Below are positions 9,473 to 16,226 of a stretch of DNA of 64,000 nt, piece after piece (within the stretch, counting starts at the first letter, position 1; every line of letters starts with the position of its first letter). The translations under genes and the position numbers were made by a program. Origin of the DNA: an uncultured Saprospiraceae bacterium (GTDB lineage Bacteria; Bacteroidota; Bacteroidia; Chitinophagales; Saprospiraceae). Location of the stretch: NCBI GenBank assembly GCA_964442355.1, contig CAYTZS010000002.1, positions 10,775-74,774 of the forward strand, given 5' to 3'. A model generated the notes under the pieces. The model had not been told where the DNA came from. It ran no database searches and was given only the letters and a program-made list of their open reading frames with translations.

Positions 9473-10546
9473 ATGGAAATTAAAATAACAAAATCAAGCA
9501 CCTCCCGCATCGCAGAAGTGGATTTCACCAACCTTCCATTTGGTCGCAATTTTGCCGACCACATGTTTGTTTGCGACTACTTCGACGGCGAGTGGCGCAA
9601 CCCCCGGATAGAGCCATTCCACAACTTCAGCCTTCACCCTGCAACGATGGCACTGCACTACGGTCAAGCCATTTTCGAGGGGATGAAAGCCTCGAAGACC
9701 CACGATGGCACACTGATGCTGTTTCGCCCGGAGCGCCATGCACACCGCATGAACATCTCTGCCCAGCGCCTCTGCATGCCAGAGTTCCCAGAGGATTTGT
9801 TCGTCGAGGGCCTGACCAAGCTCGTCAGCCTTGACCAAGCCTGGATACCAGAGGAGGAGGGCAGCGCCCTTTACATCCGTCCGACGATGATAGCCACCGA
9901 CGAGTTCTTCGGCGTAAAACCATCACAATCTTACAAATTTTTCATTTTCACTGGCCCTGTTGGCCCATATTACCCAAAACCTGTGCGGCTTTGGGCTGAA
10001 ACCACCTACATCCGTGCGGCACAAGGTGGCACTGGCTTCGCAAAGGCTGCTGGCAACTACGCTGGGGCGCTTTATCCCGCCAAGCTTGCCCAAGACCGTG
10101 GTTTTGACCAATTGCTCTGGCTCGATGCCAAAGAGTTCAAGTACATCCAAGAAAGCGGCACGATGAACGTCTTCTTCGTGATTGACGGTGTGACCATCAC
10201 CCCGCCACTATCGGGCACCATCCTCGACGGTGTGACCCGTGACTGCATCCTCGAAATCCTTCGCAGCGAGGGCAAGCCGGTTTCCGAACATCCCATCACC
10301 ATTGACGAAGTGGTGGCCGCCTACCACAACGGCACCCTGCAAGAGGCATTCGGTGCAGGTACTGCCGCCGTCGTTTCGCACGTCGCCGAAATTGGCTACA
10401 AGGACCTGCTGATGACCCTGCCGCCCGTGAGTGAGCGCAAAATCGGTACGCACGTGAAAGCAGTGATTGACGGCCTCCGTGCTGGCACCATTGCCGACAA
10501 ATGGGGCTGGACTGCGCCAATTCACGCCGAGGAACTGGTTGCTTAA
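9473..10546 (+). CDS. ilvE: branched-chain amino acid aminotransferase
   Basis: 357 aa. It shows class-IV aminotransferase blocks (HYGQAIFEGMKA, LYIRP, GTGFAKAAGNY, ESGTMNVFFV). Confidence 0.9.
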   Translation: MEIKITKSSTSRIAEVDFTNLPFGRNFADHMFVCDYFDGEWRNPRIEPFHNFSLHPATMALHYGQAIFEGMKASKTHDGTLMLFRPERHAHRMNISAQRLCMPEFPEDLFVEGLTKLVSLDQAWIPEEEGSALYIRPTMIATDEFFGVKPSQSYKFFIFTGPVGPYYPKPVRLWAETTYIRAAQGGTGFAKAAGNYAGALYPAKLAQDRGFDQLLWLDAKEFKYIQESGTMNVFFVIDGVTITPPLSGTILDGVTRDCILEILRSEGKPVSEHPITIDEVVAAYHNGTLQEAFGAGTAAVVSHVAEIGYKDLLMTLPPVSERKIGTHVKAVIDGLRAGTIADKWGWTAPIHAEELVA

Positions 10547-10621
10547 TTGAAAATGGAGAATGGGGAATTGAAAATTAAGGGTCACTGAACATTTTCAATT
10601 CTCCATTTTCAATCTCCATTC
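10546..10621. repeat. word-built hairpin (TTGAAAATGGAGAATGG... / ...CCATTTTCAATCTCCATT)
   Basis: The left arm is ATTGAAAATGGAGAATGGGGAATTGAAAAT and the right arm is ATTTTCAATTCTCCATTTTCAATCTCCATT. It fills the gap between ilvE and the kinase gene. Confidence 0.75.
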
Positions 10622-10625
10622 ACCG

Positions 10626-11417
10626 TTGACCAACCACCATTCCCTGATTGTCGGGCATATCTGCCACGATAAAATTCCTGACGGATTCGTCCCCGGCGGC
10701 GCAGCTGCTTACGCCGGCCTTTTATCCCACCGCCTCGGCAACCCAACTGCTGTTCTGACTTCTTGGGGCAACGACTTTCAGTTCGCTTCGCAATTCGGCG
10801 AGCTTGACCTACACGTAGTGCCCTCGCAACAAACCACCGTTTTCGAAAATATTTACCAGCCCGATGGCCAGCGCATCCAGTACCTGCACAGCCGTGCTGC
10901 CCTGCTGACTCCCGCCGATTTGCCAACGCACTGGCAAGCGCCCAAAACCGTCCTCCTCGGCCCCATCTGCGACGAAGTGAGCTTCGACTTCCTCGATTTT
11001 TTTGCTCAAAAAGACACTATCACCTGTGCTTGCCCGCAAGGTTGGATGCGGCAGTGGGACGCCCAAAACCTCGTGTCGCCGAAGCCCAATATTGACTGGC
11101 CGACGGTCGCAAAGGCCGACGTCATCTCCATGAGCATCGCCGATGTGGGCGGCGACTGGGCCGTGGTGCATGAAATCGCTGCTTGGTCGCCGCTGCTGCT
11201 CGTGACGCAGGGTGCGGAGGGCGTCACGGTATTTGAGCGAGGGCAGCGCCGACACTTCCCTGCTCACCCCGTCGAGGAGCGCAACCCCACCGGGGCAGGC
11301 GATGTGTTCGCAGCGAGCTTCCTGCTGCGCTTTGCCGAGGGGCGGGATGTGGCTGCTGCTGTTGATTTTGCGCAGCGAACGGCGGCGGCGCATGTGGCGG
11401 AAAAATATTTGCTATGA
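10626..11417 (+). CDS. PfkB-family carbohydrate/nucleoside kinase
   Basis: 263 aa. The C-terminal NPTGAGDVFAASFL motif is the PfkB signature. TTG start. Confidence 0.75.
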   Translation: MTNHHSLIVGHICHDKIPDGFVPGGAAAYAGLLSHRLGNPTAVLTSWGNDFQFASQFGELDLHVVPSQQTTVFENIYQPDGQRIQYLHSRAALLTPADLPTHWQAPKTVLLGPICDEVSFDFLDFFAQKDTITCACPQGWMRQWDAQNLVSPKPNIDWPTVAKADVISMSIADVGGDWAVVHEIAAWSPLLLVTQGAEGVTVFERGQRRHFPAHPVEERNPTGAGDVFAASFLLRFAEGRDVAAAVDFAQRTAAAHVAEKYLL

Positions 11418-11423
11418 AGAGAA

Positions 11424-11455
11424 GCCTCGGCAGTGTGTGACTGCCGAGGCTTTAT
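11424..11455. terminator. hairpin terminator between convergent genes
   Basis: GCCTCGGCAG-TGTGTGA-CTGCCGAGGC, a perfect 10-bp stem followed by TTTATT. It lies between the stops at 11417(+) and 11480(-). Confidence 0.6.
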
Positions 11456-11479
11456 TCTCCTCTTGAAAATTGAACTTCA

Positions 11480-12622
11480 TCAAACCGCCGGAACCGATGC
11501 GTCCACCTCCTTCGCCCAAGCGAGGATGCCCCCTTTCAGGTTGTACAGGTTCTCGAACCCGAACAGGTCTTCCAGTTCCCGGATGGCCTTGGCGCTGCGC
11601 ACGCCGCTGCGGCAGTGGACGACCACTTTTTTATCCTTCGCAATGCGGTGGGCGGCGGCGCTGACGGAGCCGAGCGGAATCAACTCGCCGTCGAGGTTGG
11701 CGGTAGCGAACTCGTGGGGTTCCCGCACGTCAATCAATTGGAAATCAGCGCCCTGCACTTGCCATTCGTAAAGTTCTTGCACCGTGATTTCTTTCACGGG
11801 CCGCAGTTCACCGGGCGATTCGAGGCCGCAGAACTGCTCGTAGTTGATGAGTTCCGTGATTTTGGTGTCTGGGCTTTTCTGCACTTTCAGGATGCGGGTC
11901 GTGAAGCTCGCTGCATCGAAAAGGAAAAGCCGCCCGGCGAGGGGTTCGCCCACGCCCGTCAGCACCTTGATGACCTCGCTGGCCTGCATGGAGCCGATGA
12001 TGCCGGGCAATACGCCGAGCACGCCGCCTTCGGCGCAATTGGGCACGAGGCCCGGAGGGGGCGGTTCGGGGAACATGTCCCGGTAGTTCGGGCCACGCTC
12101 GCCATCGGCCAGCGGGTAGTTGAACACGGACACCTGCCCCTCGAACTGAAAGATGGAGGCATAGACGTTCACCTTCCCGGCCAGCACACAGGCGTCGTTG
12201 ACGAGGTAGCGGGTGGGGAAGTTGTCGGTGCCGTCGGCCACCACGTCGTAGTCCTTGACGAGTTCCAGCGCATTTTCACGGGTGAAACGGGTCTTGTACA
12301 CCACGATGTCGAGGTGCGGGTTCAGCGCCAGCAGGCGTTCCCGTGCGGTTTCGGCTTTGGACTTCCCAATGTCGTCGGTGGTGAAAAGCACCTGGCGTTG
12401 GAGGTTGCTGTCGTCCACGGTATCGAAGTCCACGATGCCGATATGGCCGACCCCGGCGGCGGCCAAGTAGAGCAGCACTGGGCTGCCGAGGCCCCCGCTG
12501 CCGATGACGAGCACCCGGCCTGCCTTTAGTTTTTCTTGTCCCTGCAAGCCGAATTCCGGTATGGCGATGTGCCGTGCGTATCGGGCGATTTCAGCGGGAG
12601 ACAAACTGTTGTTATTTGCCAT
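11480..12622 (-). CDS. moeZ: MoeB/ThiF-type E1-like adenylyltransferase fused to a C-terminal rhodanese domain (MoeZ-like sulfurtransferase)
   Basis: The track ORF was trimmed to the ATG at 12622 (MANNNSLSPAEIARYARHIAIPEFG). The upstream part of the track ORF merely translates a hairpin. It has the GSGGLGSP nucleotide loop and a C-terminal rhodanese active-site loop, HCRSGVRS. Confidence 0.85.
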   Translation of the reverse strand: MANNNSLSPAEIARYARHIAIPEFGLQGQEKLKAGRVLVIGSGGLGSPVLLYLAAAGVGHIGIVDFDTVDDSNLQRQVLFTTDDIGKSKAETARERLLALNPHLDIVVYKTRFTRENALELVKDYDVVADGTDNFPTRYLVNDACVLAGKVNVYASIFQFEGQVSVFNYPLADGERGPNYRDMFPEPPPPGLVPNCAEGGVLGVLPGIIGSMQASEVIKVLTGVGEPLAGRLFLFDAASFTTRILKVQKSPDTKITELINYEQFCGLESPGELRPVKEITVQELYEWQVQGADFQLIDVREPHEFATANLDGELIPLGSVSAAAHRIAKDKKVVVHCRSGVRSAKAIRELEDLFGFENLYNLKGGILAWAKEVDASVPAV

Positions 12623-12634
12623 GATGGATAAAAT

Positions 12635-12710
12635 TTGTGTTTGGGTGTTTGAGTGTTTATGTGTTTGCGGTGCCTCGTAAACACTCAAACACATAAATAC
12701 CCAAACACAA
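12635..12710. repeat. word-built hairpin (GTTTGGGT/GTTTGAGT/GTTTATGT words and their complements)
   Basis: TTGTGTTTGGGTGTTTGAGTGTTTATGTGTTT ... AAACACTCAAACACATAAATACCCAAACACAA. It fills the 89-nt cysO-moeZ gap. Confidence 0.75.
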
Positions 12711-12711
12711 T

Positions 12712-12990
12712 TTAACGGCTGCCGCCAGCGATGGCAGGCACGATGCTAATCACTGCATTGGGTGCAACGGCGGTCGCCCCTTTTTCCAGTGAATTGATGT
12801 CCTCTTCGCCGAGATAGACCCGGATGAAAGAGCGGATGTTGCGGTTGTCGTCGAGCAAGTGGCGCTCCAAGCCCGTGTGGGTTTGGGTCAGTTGCTCGAT
12901 GGCTTCCTGCACGGTGCTGCCCGTCGTTTCGAACGTACTGCTGTTGTCGGTAAATTTACGCAAAGGCGTTGGGATGATAATTTTTGCCAT
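12712..12990 (-). CDS. cysO: ThiS/MoaD-family ubiquitin-like sulfur-carrier protein with a C-terminal GG followed by Ser-Arg
   Basis: 92 aa, ending ...IVPAIAGGSR*. The size and beta-grasp pattern fit, and it sits between a JAMM protease gene and an E1-like gene. Confidence 0.8.
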   Translation of the reverse strand: MAKIIIPTPLRKFTDNSSTFETTGSTVQEAIEQLTQTHTGLERHLLDDNRNIRSFIRVYLGEEDINSLEKGATAVAPNAVISIVPAIAGGSR

Positions 12991-13000
12991 TTTTTTATGA

Positions 13001-13095
13001 AGGTTTAGAGAGTTTAGGGAGGTTTAGGAGGTTTAATCGGGCAGTCGGCACAAGCCAACTAAACCTTCTAAACCTCTTTAAACCTTCTAAACCTC
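13001..13095. repeat. GGTTTAGRRGG-word hairpin, copy 1 of 4
   Basis: The left arm is AGGTTTAGAGAGTTTAGGGAGGTTTAGGAGGTTTAA and the right arm is TAAACCTTCTAAACCTCTTTAAACCTTCTAAACCTC. The right arm overlaps the last codons and stop of the JAMM gene. Confidence 0.8.
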
Positions 13096-13530
13096 AATAT
13101 TTACATTTACAGTTTCTTCCAAAAACACCCGCTCCTCGTCCTTCAGCCGCCAGCTTTTCAGGTCGGCCACTTCGCCGTTCATCACGGAAACGATGACGTA
13201 GGAGAAGTAGGGCATTGCCACTGCCAAGTCATGCTCGGAGGCAATGGCCGGGTGGTTCGGGTGAGAGTGATAGACGCCGAGGAGCGTCGTATCATTTTGC
13301 AGCGCAAACTGCTCAGCCCGCAGGTAATCCAGTGGCGAAATCTCGAACCGGCGGCGCTGGTCGCCATCCTTGCTGTTGGTCACGGGCACGGCGAGGGTGA
13401 TTTGCCTGCCGTCTTCCTCCGACTCGTGGCCGTAGAGGAAGCCGCAGCATTCGTTCGGAAAGGCGGCGATGCCATCGGCGTTGATGGTTTCGACGGCTTC
13501 GGCGTTGATAGTTATTTTATGATGACTCAT
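13087..13530 (-). CDS. mec: JAMM/MPN+ (Mov34) metalloprotease, Mec+-like
   Basis: 147 aa. It has the JAMM motif HSHPNHPAIASEHD (HxHx7Sx2D) plus an upstream Glu (FPNECCGF). Confidence 0.85.
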   Translation of the reverse strand: MSHHKITINAEAVETINADGIAAFPNECCGFLYGHESEEDGRQITLAVPVTNSKDGDQRRRFEISPLDYLRAEQFALQNDTTLLGVYHSHPNHPAIASEHDLAVAMPYFSYVIVSVMNGEVADLKSWRLKDEERVFLEETVNVNIEV

Positions 13531-13551
13531 TTTGATATTAGAATTGATAGG

Positions 13552-13628
13552 ACACAGATGGAACTGATTTGACTGATTTCCACAGATTTTTTGGACAAAA
13601 TCAGTTCAATCTGTCAAATCTGTGTTCT
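13552..13628. repeat. word-built hairpin (CACAGAT / CTGATTT words)
   Basis: ACACAGATGGAACTGATTTGACTGATTTCCACAGATT ... AAAATCAGTTCAATCTGTCAAATCTGTGT. It fills most of the 106-nt cysM-mec gap. Confidence 0.75.
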
Positions 13629-13636
13629 ATCCTCTT

Positions 13637-14575
13637 TCAACTAAAAATCCTTTCCATCACCTCTGCATACTTCTCCGCATTGTCGGCGAAGGTGGTGACG
13701 ATGACGCCTTGTTCTATTTGCTCCGCCACCTTGATGGCACCGAGCAGGTTGGCTGCAGCTGATGGGCTAACGAGTAACCCCTCTTCCCTTGCCAGTGACC
13801 TCACCATGTCGTAAGTGTCAAGTGTGTCCACTTCGAGGAAGCGGTCTGCCAGTGAGCCGTCGTAGATTTTTGGGACGATGGCGGTCTCCAAGTGCTTCCA
13901 ACCTTCAAGGCCGTGCATGGGGTTGTCGGGTTGCAAACCGATCAATTCAATGTCGGGGTTGAATTTTCGGAGGCCCCGACCTGTGCCAGTGAATGTGCCG
14001 GTCGTGCCCAAGCCTGCCACGAAATGCGTGATTTTGCCACAGGTCTGCTGCCAGATTTCTGGGGCCGTGGTTTCGTAGTGCGCCCGCCAGTTGTGGTCGT
14101 TGGCGTACTGGTCGGCGTAAAAGAATTGGTCAGGTTGCTCTCGGTAAAGGCGCTTGGCTTCGAGTTGTGCGCCGTCTGTGCCATCAAAGCGTGAAGTGAA
14201 GACGATGTTCACGCCAAGCGATTGCAGAATTCGCTTACGTTCGGTGCTGGCATTTTCGGGGAGGCAGAGCGTCACTGGAATTTTCAGCGCTGCGCAAATG
14301 GCGGCATAAGCGATGCCCGTGTTGCCGCTAGTGGCGTCAAGCAGGTGTCTGCCTTGGCCGAGGTGCCCGTCCCGCAGGGCATTTTTGATGATGTTGAAAG
14401 CTGGGCGACTTTTCACGCTCCCGCCGAGTTGCTGCCACTCCAGCTTTGCGAAGATGCGGACACCGGGCTTTCGGAAGGCGTTGCGTATTTCATAAAGCGG
14501 CGTCTTTCCGACCAGTTGGCCGACTTGCAGCGTCTTTTCGACAGCAGAAACCGATGGATAAAGCAGGGTTGTCAT
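13637..14575 (-). CDS. cysM: PLP-dependent cysteine synthase (CysM/CysK family)
   Basis: 312 aa. It carries the Lys-containing block GGSVKSRPA, the SGNTG loop and the GTTGT loop, which are characteristic of the fold-type II cysteine synthase family. Confidence 0.85.
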   Translation of the reverse strand: MTTLLYPSVSAVEKTLQVGQLVGKTPLYEIRNAFRKPGVRIFAKLEWQQLGGSVKSRPAFNIIKNALRDGHLGQGRHLLDATSGNTGIAYAAICAALKIPVTLCLPENASTERKRILQSLGVNIVFTSRFDGTDGAQLEAKRLYREQPDQFFYADQYANDHNWRAHYETTAPEIWQQTCGKITHFVAGLGTTGTFTGTGRGLRKFNPDIELIGLQPDNPMHGLEGWKHLETAIVPKIYDGSLADRFLEVDTLDTYDMVRSLAREEGLLVSPSAAANLLGAIKVAEQIEQGVIVTTFADNAEKYAEVMERIFS

Positions 14576-14580
14576 CTTTT

Positions 14581-14675
14581 TAGGTTTAGGAGGTTAAGTG
14601 GGTTTAGGAGGGTTAGGAGGTTTAGGTTGTGCATAGCGATAAACCTCCTAAACCCACTAAACTTCCTAAACCTCT
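14581..14675. repeat. GGTTTAGRRGG-word hairpin, copy 2 of 4
   Basis: TAGGTTTAGGAGGTTAAGTGGGTTTAGGAGGGTTAGGAGGTTTAGG ... AAACCTCCTAAACCCACTAAACTTCCTAAACCTC. It lies in the 5' leader of cysM. Confidence 0.8.
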
Positions 14676-14683
14676 GCAATTGG

Positions 14684-14727
14684 CCAAAAACAAAAGAGCC
14701 TTCCCGATGCACGGAAAGGCTCTTTTA
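14684..14727 (-). terminator. strong intrinsic terminator in the leader of the cys operon
   Basis: The minus strand reads AAAAGAGCCTTTCCG-TGCAT-CGGGAAGGCTCTTTT followed by GTTTTTGG. That is 15 consecutive pairs, one of them G-U. It lies between a candidate promoter (14849) and the cysM ATG (14575). Confidence 0.7.
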
Positions 14728-14805
14728 CAGATTACAGAATATTGCACATCTCAAAGCAATGCTCCGCCGCCCTTCCTTGCCGGAATGGTACAGCAACATC
14801 AACAT
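14725..14805 (-). CDS. candidate 26-codon leader ORF (MLMLLYHSGKEGRRSIALRCAIFCNL)
   Basis: ATG at 14805. The TAA stop (14727..14725) overlaps the first bases of the terminator's 5' arm. Two Cys codons lie 6 and 2 codons before the stop. This call is speculative. Confidence 0.3.
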   Translation of the reverse strand: MLMLLYHSGKEGRRSIALRCAIFCNL

Positions 14806-14848
14806 GCGGTGAAATGGATTTGAGTCATTCTTGAAATTGTGAACTTGA

Positions 14849-14856
14849 CAAAAATA
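14849..14856 (-). promoter_or_regulatory. candidate -7 box (TATTTTTG) with TTTG 21 nt upstream
   Basis: The minus strand reads ...GCTTTTGAACTTTTTAAAAGCAAACTTGTATTTTTGTCAAG..., about 45 nt upstream of the leader ORF ATG. Confidence 0.35.
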
Positions 14857-15336
14857 CAAGTTTGCTTTTAAAAAGTTCAAAAGCTGTGCCAAGCGTGTTT
14901 GAGTACGTGTAGGCAAAAAAATAGTAGCAGCTAGAGGTGAGGTTTCACAAGTTTTTGTTTGTCAACGTTTTATAAATAAAAACACCCGGCTAGGTCATTA
15001 TTGATACGTCACGCATTTTTATCCTACTAATAAATATTTATCGAAATTAGTATTAAAAAAATTGCACGAGACTATACAAGAAAACAGAAAATACATACCT
15101 TGCACACGATTTCAGACACACACCTTAGACACTCGTAAAATTTGACATCCCGGGGACTTTGAAAAGTCAACACTCACCAGAAGTATTTTCTGAGATTTCT
15201 ACACTACGAATTCACTATTGAACAAAAGCGGGGAAAGACCCACCCTGCACCAAAGATTTTCCCATTTTCCGATTTACAAAGCCCGTAAAAAGGGCAGCTC
15301 AAGGCTTACAATTCGTTTGTGCCTGCATCCCAACCG

Positions 15337-15393
15337 ATGAAGAAAAAGCTTTGCCGAGTTACCCGCTGCAAATATGGTAATGGGCTATGCTGA
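15337..15393 (+). CDS. candidate 18-codon micro-ORF (MKKKLCRVTRCKYGNGLC)
   Basis: ATG to TGA, with three Cys. It ends 35 nt upstream of a plus-strand hairpin and U-tract. There is no other support. Confidence 0.15.
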   Translation: MKKKLCRVTRCKYGNGLC

Positions 15394-15428
15394 AGATGCA
15401 ATTTGTAATCCCTTGAGAACACGCAAGA

Positions 15429-15466
15429 CCTCTTTCCGGGTTTCCGGGAAGGGGTTCTGCGTTTTT
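15429..15466 (+). terminator. intrinsic terminator-like hairpin in the ORF-free region
   Basis: CCTCTTTCCGG-GTTT-CCGGGAAGGGG forms 11 pairs, 3 of them G-U, followed by TTCTGCGTTTTT. Confidence 0.45.
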
Positions 15467-16038
15467 AGGGGGTAAGGGTCTTTGAAGAAATGAAATTTTG
15501 GGTGGTGTAAGTTCTTGTTGGTCAGTGGTTTAGGCTAAGTGGTTTTGGTGAGGCTGCCAGCTCGATTTTGCCCCAAATCATCAATTTTGAAATTATTTTT
15601 TTACAAATACTTTGCGCTATCGGCAAGAGCAGCTACTTTTGGCTCGATTTTTTTAGCGTATTATTAAAATTCCTGTGAACATGAAAGGACTGTTATTCAA
15701 CGTAAGAGCGTGATGAGAAGCCGGAAGGACATCTAACCAATTTGCAACACCGTTTTTTAGTAAGCAAACTATCCTGACAACCGATTTTTAGTAAAAAGAC
15801 ATTTCACAAACCAATTGTAGTCCGAGCTTCTCATCCATTTTTTTCTTCAGTACCCTCCATTGTTCACTTCAGGGCTTTTTTGTAATCGGTGGTGTTGCTT
15901 GCAATCTTGAAACTCATCTGATTTTGGCTGCACTTGTTGTTGCAGTGTAAAGCATGCTTTGTCGTCCCGCAATGCAAGCTTCGCAAATCTTTTCTTTTCG
16001 CCCCAACGAACAAAAGATGTAATCGGTTTTTGGGATAG

Positions 16039-16072
16039 CCTCTCTCCACGTTTTGGAGGGGGGTTTTTTTTT
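16039..16072 (+). terminator. intrinsic terminator about 155 nt upstream of the TerC gene
   Basis: CCTCTCTCC-ACGTTTT-GGAGGGGGG forms 9 pairs, 2 of them G-U, followed by nine T residues. Confidence 0.55.
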
Positions 16073-16226
16073 GCCCTGAATTTTGGTGCTCCATCATGCC
16101 CGTCCCTAGGTTTGGTCGAAAAGCAGTGAAGCCCCTCGCCTTGCCATCAGCCAACGGCTCCCAGTTTTTTGTTTACTTTGCGGGGCTTTTCGAAAATGGC
16201 CTTTTTCTTAACCAAAAAAAGTTTTA

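Noticed and set aside
13210-13236. Copy of the 21-bp repeat core inside the JAMM gene (GGCATTGCCACTGCCAAGTCATGC shares TGCCAAGTCATG with the array)
   Set aside because: It is a single 12-nt match embedded in a well-supported coding frame. TGCCA-type words are generally common in this sequence. It is most likely chance.
11480-14575. Ubiquitin-like antiphage system (Bil-type or CBASS Cap2/Cap3-like), because Ubl, E1 and JAB genes are adjacent
   Set aside because: There is no E2-like gene. The E1 carries a rhodanese domain, which points to sulfur transfer. The operon starts with a cysteine synthase. This matches the metabolic CysO pathway.
14960-15000. RNase P RNA, tmRNA or another housekeeping RNA, because AAAACACCCGGCTAGG resembles the RNase P ACAGAACCCGGCUUA block
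   Set aside because: The obligatory GAGGAAAGUCCGGGC block is not found nearby on either strand. There is also no tRNA-like 3' end or GGGGCUGA 5' end of the kind tmRNA has.
15700-15730. Hammerhead ribozyme core (GUGAUGAG...)
   Set aside because: The first conserved base is G rather than C (CUGAUGA). No GAAA or three-stem junction can be drawn.
16073-16226. yybP-ykoY (Mn2+) riboswitch upstream of the TerC-family gene
   Set aside because: I could not find the conserved GGGGAGUAG / ACAUA / GAGACC-type elements by eye, either in 16073-16226 or in the roughly 170 nt before the terminator at 16039-16072. A covariance-model scan would be decisive.
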